From Takakia lepidozioides (lineage: Eukaryota; Plantae; Bryophyta), in assembly GCA_030704615.1 (NCBI GenBank), contig CM060732.1, forward strand, positions 36,580,001 through 36,644,000: a stretch of DNA of 64,000 nt, read 5' to 3'. This document shows, in pieces, positions 47,245-60,912 of the stretch (positions are counted from its first letter, which is position 1; the number at the start of each line of letters is the position of its first letter). The position numbers and the translations under genes are program-made. Under the pieces are notes generated by a model. It was given only the letters and a program-made list of their open reading frames with translations. It was not told where the DNA came from and ran no database searches.

Positions 47245-48997
47245 TGAACTCTTCATGCTTGTTGATAAGTCCTTGATTGGCCCTGCTCAAGCTGGTCCCT
47301 CAGGTGTTATCACCTATTCAATTTTTTCTGGCTTGAGCTGCCGGGGTAGCTATCTTGCTGACAAGGTTTCATGTCTTGTTAGCAAGTACGACAGGTGAGT
47401 GTACCAATAAGATGCGGCGTCTTTGTTTCAGATAGTTGAGCTTGACTCATTAGACATGGTATCACCAGAGTCTGTAGACTTACAAACAGGATAAAAGGTA
47501 CGAAGTAGTGTGCAGAAGGTTCCTTTGTTCTTTGAAGCCAGGCATTGTAGCAATAGACTACGACATTTCATGGTGGATCTTGAAATTTACAAAATTTTCA
47601 GTTTGTTGATCCTGAATTCAGTGCCGCTCAAGGCGATGATCCTTGAAGCGCATGTTTGTGAATATGTTGAGCTTCTGGAGAAAGTTAATACTGGCAGTCT
47701 GAATGGTGTTTTCAGCTGGTTATGATGAATTTTCGCTTCATGTCGTAGACAGGCATCCTTGTGCTTCTTTTTGACTGATCTTTTCGTAGTTAATGTTATG
47801 TTGGTACCATAAGCTCTTTTTGCTTCCTGTGGACCTTGGAAATTCGCTTGGTTCCCCCTCTCCTCACTTCCTCTTCACTCCATCTCGAATGCAGGTCATA
47901 TCTCCAAAGCCTGGTCGTACACGTTCCTGTCCCTGTGCGATCTCTGTATCCCTTGTGCGTTTTGCAGGGTAGCAGTGTCTGTGGAGCGTTGGCGTGCGCC
48001 CTAAAATTTGAAAGGTACTTAAGGGCGGGAAGATATGAGATGTCGTGGCCTGTAGCGCTGTAAGTACTTGCGATTTGTCATTTCGTCATTTCCAACCCTG
48101 CCAAAAGGGAACCGTAGCTGCGAGTACTGCACTTTCCTGATTGCTGTCTGTCTACTCCACTCAATGCCTTTTAATGCTATATAATATGTGCTCCTGCCAA
48201 CAGGTACGGGATGATCTGACACGAAATCGACACCAATCGGTCAGGTACTCTTACAAATTCCAACAACACCACCGGGATCATGCATTCCATACACATCGCA
48301 CAGTCAGTAGAGTTGGGCAGGATCCACCACACTACCCACATGTGGAGTCGAACACCCAACTGTCTGCTGCCTAGTCACTTTCTCCCTCTATCTGACGGAT
48401 TCTGCCAGATCCTGCTAAAATTAGCTTCCACACATTCATCCACCGTGGCTTTCATTTTGTTTCTAAATTTACTGGCCAAATTTCTCTACGGTCTGATTTG
48501 TAGAATATTCCAGGACGGGAATAGAATATTCTAGAATTACTTCCCTAATATTTTTTATAAATAATACATGACATCATGTAAGATTCTTGTAATCCTCCTA
48601 TCCAGAAATTGTGGCCAGATTTTTTCGGGAGTTTTCTTCAGTAGGACATCATGATGCCAAACCTAGGGGCTATTCTTCTATGAAACTATGAATATCGAAA
48701 AATACGCATCAACACAAGGACTTGGGATTTGTGGACCATGATAACTGATATGTGCAAGCTGCCCGATGCTGTGTGAATGCTTACGGCTAGTGGTTGGATT
48801 GCTCTTCGACACTGTCTTGCAGCTCTCGGGTTTCATGCTGTTGTGTTCCTTCTCTAGATTGAGGGATACTTCGTATTCATGAGGGCACAATTACATAGAC
48901 TGTCTTCACCACCAGGTACGCTGAAGTGAGGCTGCAAGAGCTGAGAAGGCAGCGGGACAGATGAAGGTCTGAAGGGAATGGCTTAGGCATAGGCAGA

Positions 48998-51900
48998 ATG
49001 GTGCCTCGGGGTCATTTTCCTTGCCCTGCCACACCCACCTCACGCCTTCCGCACGCTCCTTGTTTCCAATTCTCACTTCACTATTCTCGGAGGAGGCAAG
49101 CTCTGCCCCGATTAGGACTCCGGGCTAGATTTCAAGTGTCTTCTCAGATTCTTTATGTGTGTTGTCCTCCACAAAGGACTCCACAATGGCCCGATGGCAA
49201 TCGTATCATGGCACAGCCAGACGCTGTACAGAATTTGAAGGCTAACTGGCCCGAGGAAGAATTTCATGTTTCAAGTGTAAGTGCGAATTGTGATGGAGGA
49301 CAGGAAGAGGAAAAGAAGGGAGTTTGGAAATGGTTGGAAAAGGGGCTGGAGCTAAGGCCACCGGGATTGAGGGTATGGACATGGCAATGTGTGGCTATAG
49401 CAGCAGCAGGATTCATCACGCAAGCTGCCGTAGGCCAAGACCTCGGGTGTGCAGTTGCCTCCAGTTATTCCACTTCCTTCATGCCTATACATGTCCCTTC
49501 AATGACAGCATTTGGAGGGGAGGGAACTGCCCATCCCCTGGGAGGGAATCCTCTGATAATTCAAGCTGGGCCTTTTTCTTGTGTTCACGCACCATCTGTT
49601 TTCTCCCCATTTCCTGTAAAGAAAACCAGTTCAGCAAAGTATAGCCATGTAAAGCAGCTGGCAGGCCCAGGTGGGAAGCAGCTGGCAAGCGTAGGTATGT
49701 CGAGAGGGGTGTCCGCAAGGAGACAGGTACAATTTCTCCTTTGTGGACACTGTTATGGCCTTCGGGCGTGGAGATGTTTAGGTTTTGGACCAGAAAGATC
49801 CTTGAGTATCTTCTTGGAAGGCACTCACTGGCTTGATGCCCCCATATGAGTGATTCTGAGCTGAACCTGGAATCAATCACTTTCCTATCTGCCAGAATTC
49901 TTTGAAGCTTCTGGCAAAGGTCCTCAATTTACGGATTGTGGTTTGAGCTAAGGGAAATAACAAGTAGAGCCTTACAGTTCAGGATCACTGAGTGCAACCT
50001 GCTGATTTGAATGCTCTTGATTGTGGAGCACCACGTCTACTTCTATGCATGAGAGTTTCTAGAAACATCAAAGTTGATGTTCTAAATTGTTCTTTCTTTC
50101 TTTGACAATGATCCGATTGGAGAATTGGGCCAAACCAATCAGTGTTGGGCTAAATGAACGGTCATCTGTTGATGATGCAAATCTGCTGCTACAATGGTCC
50201 TTCTGGAAAATTCCCTGTTTACTTGTCATACTAGAACAGTTAGCCTTTGGGGTTATGGGTTCATTAGATAATACGAAAATGCTGGTTCTAATGACATACT
50301 TGACGAATTAGGTGCTTGGCTTAGTAATTGTAACTTTGTACTCTCAAAGCAGGTGCCAGGTTATTATCTTAAGGGAGGGGCTACACGGTTTAAACGAGAG
50401 CCTAGTAGCTTGATCACCCCGTGTATGTCCATGCCGGGGTTACCTCTAGCCTCAGCATCTGCTTCCTTGGCAGGGTCTGTGGCAGCCATTGTGAAAGCAG
50501 GGTCGCGGCTGGACCTGAATGTGCTACGGGCCTCATTCGGTTCCTCTCTCAATCTCATAAGCCTTTGCAGTAAGGGATCCCTTTCTCAACCTTGGAATGT
50601 CCAAGAAAGGTTTTTGTCTAGGTTGTGCATGAATTGACCCTATCAACTGAACCTTTTTTCCAGTTCTTCAAGCTTAAGTCTGAAGCAGAGCTTTCTTCTT
50701 GAAGTCTACAAGCTTCATGTTTATTATTCACGGCGGTGACAGAATATTCACTCAATATTCAAGTTATTTAAAAAATAAGAAAATATTCCAGAAACAAACT
50801 GTGAGTTGCATGTATAATTGTGGTGTGATGCTTATGACAGTCTGGATGGCAGCATTTGTGGTATGGATGCAGAGAACTGGGCAACTCCCTGCTGAAACGC
50901 CAGTGGTGCTCAGCCAGGTGGCTTTTCGGGTGCTTATCCCTTGCTTTCTCATGTCCAAGGTGATTCATCTCTCACTCTCTCCTCTTCCATATGGGGCTCT
51001 ATGGCCCTCCAGTAGATCCACTAAATTCTTTCTTTCTCTCTTGGACGTTACAAAGTACCATTTCATTTCATTTCTCTACCTCTCTCCCTGCCCTCTGGGC
51101 CTCTGGTGGACATGTTCAATTGCTTTCATTGTCTCTCTCAGGTTAAACTTTAACTAGCTCTAGTACGGAGCAGTCCATCAGTGCATCACTTCCGCGGGCA
51201 GTGACCTCATCCTCTGTCTTTCTACCCTTTCCCTTTTTATTTTTCATCTCAAGTGTAACGGGTTGACATTCCATTTGCCAGGTATCATCTACACTCGCAT
51301 CGCATCCTGCACCATATTTGTTAGCTCTCCCACTTATTGCAGTTGTCCAGGTATGTCATCAACTTTCCGTTGAGTAACTGGGTTATCTGAGAGAATGTCA
51401 GAGTTATTTGGAATATCTTGCACTGAATGTGCAAGAAAAAGTTTGCTGCATAGTTCACTTCGCTACATGTGCTTATAAGCAAGGAAGTGGACAGGCAGAT
51501 CCAAAAACTCATTGTGGGGTCAATTTGAGGAACTTCAAGTTTAATATGTTAGCCATATTAGTTTTAAATCATGTTTGCCCCAGGCTCTACTAGTTTTCCA
51601 TACATCAAGGCCCTGCAGCAATTTTTAGTCTCATTTGCTCAATCCTACTGGAGGTGTTGAATCATTTTAATTGTCACAGGTCAAGAATTTGGAGGTTAGG
51701 GTCACCAGCCTGTCCTCTTTCAAGCAGAGGGGATTTAAATGTTTGATGACAAAGTTGCTTCTCTGACAGGTACTAGTGGGTGCACTTCTAGGGAAAATAG
51801 CATGCCGTATTGTCTTTGGGAAACCAACCTCATCCCAGATTATATCTATTGAAAGTAGTGTACCAGCTGCCCCAGTCCCGGCGGCCATGGTTACGACAGG

Positions 51901-54900
51901 AGGGGGAGCTGGCTCAAGTAGTTTCACAGAGCCACATCCACATCCGCACACAATTTCTGCTCAGTCAAGTTGGATCCCACCAGCGCAGTCCATGGCAACC
52001 AAGAAAGAAGCTATCATAACTGCTGCTTGTGCCTTTGGCAACTCTCTCACTCTTCCTCTGGTATCTCTCTCCCACCCTGTTTCGCACTTGTGCCAGAGTT
52101 CCTGGCGATCTTCTTCTTTCATTGCTCTGAAAGCTTCTCTATTTGCCGTGTCAGTAGTTAGTCTAGCACGATTGCCACTTTCTTCTGAGACCAGGGGATC
52201 TTGTATGTGTGGCTACTGCTCGCATGTGACTACTAATGCACCTTAGTACCAAAACGCTTAATCACTCAATTTTGGTCCTTACAATTATGCGTTAATGACA
52301 ACAATACAGGAAATTGTTTGTGCTGTCGGATTGGGAACAGATATTTCTGACAGGGGTCTTGACATCGGAAGAGGCAAATCGAGCTGCAGGGTGAGTCAGC
52401 CTAACAAAGTATCTCTTGACCAGTGTTTCTATGCCAATTTGTTGTGGTACCTGTTTAGATTTTGATGGGACTGACCTGGTCGAGGATAGCCTCAAAAGAG
52501 AGAGGGAACTCAGCTAGGCTCTTTCCTAAGCCCATTGCACATACACAGGCTAGTGTCCTGAATTGGTTACTGTCTGGAACTGGCTACTTTCTGGATGTAT
52601 TTAGAACCTTGGGGTAAAGGAATATTTTGCCTCAGTAGTTGCTTCTTGCAAGGCAATAGCTTGAATACTGTGGATCAGCCACATCAGTCAAATTCTTGTG
52701 AGAGCTCCTATGACTTCACAAGTTGGGTTCTGCTGGAGACTTGTTGTGATGTGCCAATTGGTGGATCTAGGTCATGCGATGAGATTCACACGATGGTGAA
52801 ACACCATGGCTTGCCATCCTCTCCATGAGATATGCAAGTGGTAAAGTGATTGTGTCATGGAACCCTCGGACCTTCTCCTTCAACTTTTGCTCTTCATAGT
52901 ATTTACCCGGTCCGGGAAATCTTACATAAATCAAACACCATTCCTTATTCTTATCCAGTTAATTTACGTGGCAGGTATCTGGCATTGTTCATGGTGGGTT
53001 GGTCACCCACTCTTTGGACGGTTGGCTATGGAATTATATCTGCTGGTGGTGATGAAGACGAAGATATGACTGTGAAATCTACCAAGCCGGGATTAACATG
53101 GCAGACGATGGCCGACTGGATAAAGAGAATCATGAATCCCCCTCTTTATGGAGTAAGAGGTTGCCTGGCTACTATACACTCCATATAAATTTTCTGTCTC
53201 ATTAGGCTTGCACAGGTTTCCAAGGGAGCCTAAAGAAGCATACATAGCATCATATCCCAGTGGTCATCCATTATGGCTATACCCTCTTGTGTTTGTTGGT
53301 CACGTGTAAGAGTCTGGGACAGGTGTTGGTGGGTGTGCTCGTTGGAGGGACGCCATTGTCACATTTCTTCCTGCCGGCAGTGGCCAAAACTGCAGTCGAA
53401 GCTGAGACTTCTGGAGCATTCGTGGTGCTTCACTCTTTGACAGCTGGCATTCTTCGTCCTATCTTTGATGTAAGCCAATTCTATCTGGCGAAAAGAAAAG
53501 ATTGCCTTTGCTGATTAAACAACCCTTCCAATTGTAGCTCTACAAGAATCTCGTCTGGCAACTTTTCCTTGAAATTGTATCTGTTGGATACTGTTTGTAT
53601 TTGGTGTCTGCATGAGATTCTGCAAGCGTGATATTTGTGTCCAGTGCTCAGGGGTGTACTGCTTTGGCATGGGAAGACCACCCTCCTGAAGGATAAGAAA
53701 GCAAAAATGGCTAGACTGGTTGAATAGACCAATGACAAGTTGGAGTTTGGGAAAACCCAGTACAGTTTGTGCAGAATTGCAGCCAAGGAGGTTACTATTG
53801 ATGACACTCTCTTCATGAAGGATGAAGATTTCATGCTGTTGCTCATGGTTTTTCCAGGATGTGGTTTAGATGATGGTTAGGACATTCGGGTCCTCTAGTG
53901 TTGGACAAAGAATCTGTGGCATAATGAGGGCTTGGCTGCAGGCAGCATCATTGCTAGGGACAGCAACCTTGGCCGTGCAGACGGTGGTGCTTGCAAGTTC
54001 GCTGGCTGCCTCTGTTCCATCTGTTAGGGGCAAGAGTCACAAAAGCCTGAGAAGTAGTGCCGTTGAGGAAGATTCTCCCCAAGATGTGGAGAGATTGGCT
54101 AACTCTATGAAGCTGGAAGGACTTCTCGACAACCGTGCATTCTGGGTCATTTCTTCTGTTCGCCTCATTTTTATGCCCGTGTTTGGCATCATGATGACAA
54201 CTGTGAGTCTCTCTGTCTGGTCTGCTGCACATTTTCTCTCCTGTACTTCCCAGAAAGTGTAGTTTCTGTGAAGAGTAAGGTCATTCCAACCTGTAACCAT
54301 AGTGAAGTTGAGGTGAGCAATCAAACTAATAGAATCAACGAGTTATTAAGGGTGCATGCAAAACCAGACACGTGTGTGTTTTTCTGTTGAGTGACTTTGT
54401 ACCCCATACTTTGGATGCTGATGGCAGCCGACGTTATCAGGGACGTCTGCCTCACATCCTTGCTGCAAGCATATGTCATGGCATCGCGCAATTCTTCGAT
54501 GTACTTCGCCGTTTGTTTTCTCTGATTTTATGAAGTTGGGCTGTGTGTGTGGCATGGGGCATGGCTGCAGGTGCTGCAATGTGTGCGAAATCTGCCTGTG
54601 GACCCCATCTACAGTCTCAGTGTGCTGGTATTTATTCAAGAACTGTTTCCTTCTCTCTTGAGCAGGTGCTGGGAAGAGTTAAGACAAGGTTCAAAATGTC
54701 TTAAAATATTATCAAGAGAAAATTTACTATGCCTGCAGAATTGATTAGTGCTTCATGAAAATGGTTAGGATGTTTTTTTTGCAGACTTCATCATATGCTA
54801 TTGTTTGATGATTTAGTACTCTCTATGAATCACACATTTTCTCAAATGGCCTCTAAGTTGGGTGGTTCGTGTTGGCAGGCGGAAGCTGCAATGCCTTCAG

Positions 54901-55720
54901 CTCAAAATCTTGTGCTGCTGTCACAGGTATTTCCATTTGAGAAAGATGATTGGGTCTATGTAGCTTGTTGTGGAGATTCGAAGAAGTAAAACTCAAGATG
55001 TACTCAGTTGCTGTTTCCTGCCAATATTGGTCACGATGTGCTGTCAAGGTGTATCACTGGATACTGAAGCCTCCAGGTTGTTTTCGGCATACCAGGGTTT
55101 GAATAAATTTGCAGGATTTCTCGCTAAAAAATGAGGCTACCTGGGCTCAAATCTAGCATATACAAGGAAGCGTCATGCTGATTCCTGCATTACAAATGTA
55201 GCTGCCTGATGTATGCGGTACCATTGCCACATGTAAAATCATCTTTCGGCTTTGAAGCCTGTCTACAACCTATTAGACTTATTCAACTGTGTCAGGCTGT
55301 AGTGTGATAGAGTCTCTTAGACGCCTTACTCAGCTCTAGCCACAGTGAAATCTTCATTTGACCTTGCAGAGTTCATTGTGCTACTTATCCTGTTAGCTAA
55401 GATTCTCTGATTGTTCATTGTTGATTGGTGCTCCAGCTGCGCGCGAGTACGCGGCCATTGGCAGGGATGCTTGCTGATCTTCTCCTACGGCAGGTATGCC
55501 CCTCTGTTCCTTTCTGTATTTTTTAAAGTTGATTGACAAATAGCTTGCTTCAGCATTTGAGAACATACAAGTAGCTCAGTTTCCTTGTCGTAGCTGGCGC
55601 AGCTCACTCTCTTTCTCACTCACGCCCTCTAATAAATGTGGGTTGTTGCAGTATGCACTCTCCGTGGTACCAATTACGCTGTGGATGGCATTATTTCTAG
55701 CGCTAGTACAGACTGCCTGA
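48998..55720 (+). CDS. Auxin-efflux-carrier (PIN-LIKES/Mem_trans) family transporter with a ~290-aa N-terminal extension; ~13 exons
   Basis: Spliced segments VLSQVAFRVLIPCFLMSK, ACAFGNSLTLPL, YLALFMVGWSP..WTVGY, RIMNPPLYG, LGTATL..VVLASSL, VRLIFMP, LPVDP, AMPSAQNLVLLSQ, LLLRQY..W..LFL; stop 55718-55720. The junction between ~50496 and ~50840 is not resolved. Confidence 0.8.
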
Positions 55721-57010
55721 TCAATCCATTCGTCCTCTTGCTCCCAGTAAGGGGCACGGCATGGTTCCATCTAGCTAAGTTAGCTACAATTGTGTGGATA
55801 TCAATCATTTGGGCCCAACAAGAAATGGGTGGCTCCTCTCGGTGTTTCCATTTTATAGAGTCATTGGTGAATAATTGCTAGCATTCACATAAAATCAGGA
55901 CACTTCCTGGGCGAAATCTGGTTTCGAAAAGAGTAAAGTTTACGTGGCTCTTTCATTGCTGCTGTACAGTTGCACCTCTGGGCTGTAGAAGTAGGTTAGA
56001 CTGCCCTCTTTGTACCCATTGATTATTTTTAGTAATGATGAGCCGTGGTCACAAACATCCAAGGAAGGAGCGGAAAATCTATTCTCAATACAGCAGTGAC
56101 AGATCTTCAAGGCCAGGGACCTTCAAGCTTGACGGGGTCACCTAACTCCACCTCTGCTGCTGCTTTGTAGGACATGATGCCTGGTCCTTAGCCATCACCA
56201 GTACAAACCTCAGTCAAGTTCTTCACTTTTAGCTTATGTAAGGGCTTTGACTCCTGATCTTCCTGTGTAACAGTGATCACCATAGTGATGTCTATATCTC
56301 CAGTTGGCTAAGTCTATTGGTAAAGAGCACAGAAAAAATTGTTGATTGAAATTGATAGTACAGGGGAGTATTCCAGTTTCATGAACCCTTGCTGGTGTCA
56401 ACAAGTTCTCCTATTATCCATTTCCCAAGCTTCTCTGAGTATTGGTTTGATGGGGATGTAGATACTAAAATCTGTGCACAGAATGGGAAGAAGTCAAGAA
56501 GGTCGTTGTGATGCAGTTTCAATTGGTAGAAGTATATCACTATCAGCCAACAGTGGTACTCTGCACCCTTCGCAGGTGAAGTAAAAGGAGCAAAACCAAC
56601 TTGGATGGAGAGAAACAAAACCGAACTCCTGCTGAACCAGGCAAAAATTATAGTGCCACTGCCTAGCTGAGTTTGATTTGCTGCAGTGTGGGATTGTCGG
56701 GTTGGGCGTCCATGCAAATCATGAATGGTGTGGGATGCATTACACTCCCTTTACAGATGGCAACTGAGAAAAGAAAACCTCCGAGAGTGCAAGGCACAGC
56801 TTGGGAAATGGAAACAAGCATCTGTAAAATATAGAGAAGAAGAAGATGATGAAGAAACAGTGAAAAAAGTTCTTGTATGAAATCCACACTCACTAAACCC
56901 CCACACGGACATATGAGATAAGGACCTCATATCCAAAGTGGGTGTGATCCACACTGGCAGTGGATATCGTCTTCCTTCTTCGTGTGTGGTCTTTGTGACT
57001 GAGTCAAACG

Positions 57011-59568
57011 ATGGCTATGGCGTCCATGACAGTTGCCTGCAATGTGAATGGGCCTGGCTTGGTGGGCACTGAAGCAGTCTCTGTTGGGTCTGATATCTCC
57101 TCCGTCAGCTCTGTGGGCTGTCGAGAGAAAAGTCCCAGCGCTGTTTCGTTAGCTGTGGTGGCCGGGGAAGAGGGGGGTGATGAAGAGTCGTGGACGCGCA
57201 GAGGGGTGATGGGCTCAGGAGTTTTGGCGATTCTGGGCAGCTTGAGTATGCAAGGGGCTTTTCCGCCAGAGGCATTCTCTTTTGGAATCTGTAAGGTCGG
57301 ATTTTCACTGCTGTGATTTTTCTTATTCAGGCCTCGAGAGTGGGTGACGGGTTTGATGGTTCATAGCAGCGGTCTGTTTTTCGGGGAGTGTTGCAAGTCG
57401 AAGGTGTTGTCTCTTTAGCTAGTGCTAGTCGGGGGATCAGAAATGCAAACTTTTGCACAGAAACATGTGGGGAGGTTAACTCTGCTTAACAGGTGCAGCT
57501 CTAGTGTCAACGACGGTGTTAATCTAAAGGTCACTACCAGTTTCTGTGTTGAGAATTTCCCGAGGACATAGAGGAAATTATTTTTTCAAATTTTATAAAT
57601 GTAGCTGGGAAGTTTTATGCACGAGTGTCTGAAGATCCAACCAGCCAGAGGTTTCACCGTTGAGATTTTTTAGGGGGACCCGATCAGCTGCTGGAGTGAT
57701 GCAGGTATTCTCCTCGAAGAAGAAAGAAAGCTTAACTTCGAGCTGACTTTTAGCATTCCAGATGGCTTTTAACAGCACAGCCAGATTTGGTCAATTGATA
57801 GGGAGAGAGAGAAAGGGGGCAGTCGCAGGGAGAAGTATTCCCCCATTGTGTTGAACAAATCTTTTGGCTGTAACAGTCACTTATTTCGGTGGGCCAAGCA
57901 ATATGACGTTGGAGGAGGAAGGTAAGAGGCCGATATGATAAAGCTATATGCCTTGTAGCAAGTCATTTCATTCTGAAACTTGAAAATGTGAGTTTATGTA
58001 GCAGATGAGCCCGTTCATACTCTGCAACACTAATGGAGGTCCAAGTCGCTTCTTGACTGTGGAGCGTGGGGTCACTTGGAGATAGTGTAGGCAGGAAAGT
58101 TTGTTCGTCACAGAGTTGAGCACTCTGCTGCCTTTAGAATTGAACTAATCTAGGACATGCTTGTGGATTGTGGGTGACTGTTTGGAACAGCAGGACCAAA
58201 AGAGTGGCTGAAAGAACAGAAGCAAAAGACATCCTCGTTTCTGATTGCCCCTATTACTGCCTCCCGCTACCGTCTCAACGAAGTTGCAACCATTCTCTGT
58301 ATGATTCCTAGAGAAGTGAAATTGATTAGCTCCTTCTCAGTGTCCTTTGTGCATATTCTGCATGAAAACTGTCTATCCAGAATCGATTATTAGTTGAAGT
58401 TTGGTTACTGAATCGTTAGATTGTTGCCATGAGTTTAAGTAATTGAGAAAAAGTGTCGGGTTGCTGCAGCTGGTGATACTACAATTGCGGGCTATGAGGA
58501 GGCAGGAAGCCTGGTCAAGGTGGCGGCCCGAGATTGCATGCTTCCCGAACCAGGGTCCCTTCTTTACTTTCAGACTCGCATTGGTGTGGAGGTTCGAATT
58601 CCTAATGCTTGTTCTGTCGGTCTCTGCACATTCTGTTTGGATGCTGCGGCAGTTTCAAATGTTGACATCTGGGGTCCTGAAGACTTGCTTGTCGGTCTTG
58701 CTGTCTGTCTGTCTCTACTCTTACACTTTCAAGTGGAAGCCACTAAACGGGTGCAGAGGAAATGGCAGGTGTGCACATTCCAGCTGGTGCTGAAGAATGC
58801 TTCATCATTGCTGAATGATAATGACCCTGTTAAGCTTAACGCCAAGGCCGCCTTGGAGGACTTAATCAGGTCTGTTCTGTCTTATGTCCCTCACTTTTTG
58901 TTTTGGGGGACCAATAAGCCATAGAATAATCTTCTCAAACCAAGCAACTCAATGACATCACTGTGGTGGGTGCAGTTCATTTGTGGTTCTGGATGGACTT
59001 ATTGTGAATGGTGCTGGGGGTCCTCACAGCAAGTACGCATACACCTACCAATCTCTCTTCCACCCATATCTTTTCACATCCTACAGAGTTGGGGGGGTGT
59101 GCATCTACTGCATTCTCCTAACTGTTGCTTCTTAAGTATTGTCACTTCCCTTCTCTGTCAAACACCCTTGGGCCGGCATAGTTTTGGCTTCGGGTGCACC
59201 CAACCTTGTGAGGTCAAAGACTAAGGCCTGGGTTCCTTTGGACATGTACTAGCTCTTAAAAATGTAGAACTTAATACGTTGTTGCCAATTTGTTAGTGGA
59301 CTATCATTGAGTTCATCTATGTCTCTGTAATGTACGACTGAGTTCCTTGCCCTCCTTAAATCTGGTGGTTACAGTAGCAGAAAAAATGTGACAGGTTGTG
59401 CTTGGGAGACTAAGAGGTGTGTACACAACCTAACATTTTCCTGGGTTGCTGTGCAGGGAGAGTCTGATGGATGCGTTGAGGGAGACAACGGTGGCCCTTG
59501 ATCGGTTTGAAGATGGGGTGCAAGACTGCCTTGGGACTGAAAGGAGGAAGATCATTTCAGGGTCATAG
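57011..59568 (+). CDS. Thylakoid lumen protein with Tat signal (At1g49975-like); exons 57011-57290, 58191-58298, 58470-58591, 58769-58869, 58976-59032, 59457-59568
   Basis: Transit peptide, TRRG twin-arginine motif and AFS cleavage-like site, then FGISGPKEWLKEQK..FLIAPI, AARDC, GVEVCTFQLVLKNASSLL, LDRFEDGVQDCL. All introns are GT-AG and in frame. Confidence 0.85.
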
Positions 59569-60912
59569 TGCCATGTTCTGAAAGTAGAGTGGCAATCAAT
59601 CTATGAGTGAAACACACACAGCTCAACCCCAAAAGAGAGTCGGAAATTTCAGTGGGCAAAGGGGATATCCTTGTTATGCTGGCTCCAGCAGGCTGTCTCC
59701 ATGTGCTTTCAATATGGCTTATGCACACAGTTGCAGTTCTGTTTATCTTGGAGTTTCAGATGGTTTTTGACAGATTGGTTCCCAGACAGGAGAGAAAAAA
59801 TTATTAAGGACTTTACTGGAAGTGAGGGCTCAAATTTCGGCATTTTTTCTCTTGCTGCTGCAAGCTGCCAGCATTTTTGTGCAACAGCGCATCGGTTGCC
59901 TATCCATCTATCCAGCTTTGTGTGCCCATCTCACACATTATGGACGGTGAGACCTTGATTTTGTTGCAAATGTACAGCTAGTGTGGCTTTGTCAGATGCC
60001 AGCTCCGGCAGGCATGTCTTCTCTCTCTTTCTCTCCTCACTCGGTGTGGTACAATCACATGTTTGCGCAAGAAGGAATGTATGAAGAAGGAACCCCTTCT
60101 TTCTCGAAGAGACTGATCTATCCATCACTTGTGGAGAAGAACAGATCCCCAAGCATAGTCATCACCTGACAACAAGGTCAGACAGTCTGCCTGATTCATC
60201 GACTCCCTGTCATTCAATAGCAGCTCTATCATCTTCAATTTCCAGTCTACACAAGTTTGACTAGATCCACCAGAATATTCCTATTTTATTTAGTTCTGTT
60301 TTCTAACGGGCAGGCGGGCAGGCTGGCCTGCCCGGTATATCTCTCTCATTTTTTTTAATACCGCAGGGAGCTCTGCTCTTTACATTGGGAACATACTTCA
60401 ATTGTTTTCTCAATTCTTGGGAATACACACACCCCTTGAAAACGAGCTAAGAAAACAAGGTCACGTGTGTTAATTTTTCCACGACCCGCGGCGTCGATTC
60501 TCGACTGGGCACGAGCGAGACGACAAATGGATAGCCTAAGGGCGTCCTTCCATGTGGTCAAACCCGACCAAAAGATGATGTCATGACCCGGTTTTGAATG
60601 TCCGCTTGGCACTTCTATGTGCCAAACCCGGCCCAAACCCTATCTGGGTCCAATCTTCCAACTCTCGGCGAAAAGCCCGATCTTTGACTTTCACCTGCTA
60701 TAGCAGGTTGGTTTTGGCGATCACCTACCAGGCAGGTCTCTGTCTTGTGTGTGAAGCAGAGGTGGAAGAAGGAGACCAGCAACACAACCGTTTGGCCTTG
60801 GGAGATGGGGTGGCTACATGGACGGTCATGCCCTTGGTCAAACCCATTCCAACGTTGATGTCATTGGAAGGGGTCGGGTCTACATGGAAACATGCTCTAA
60901 CATGGAAATATA

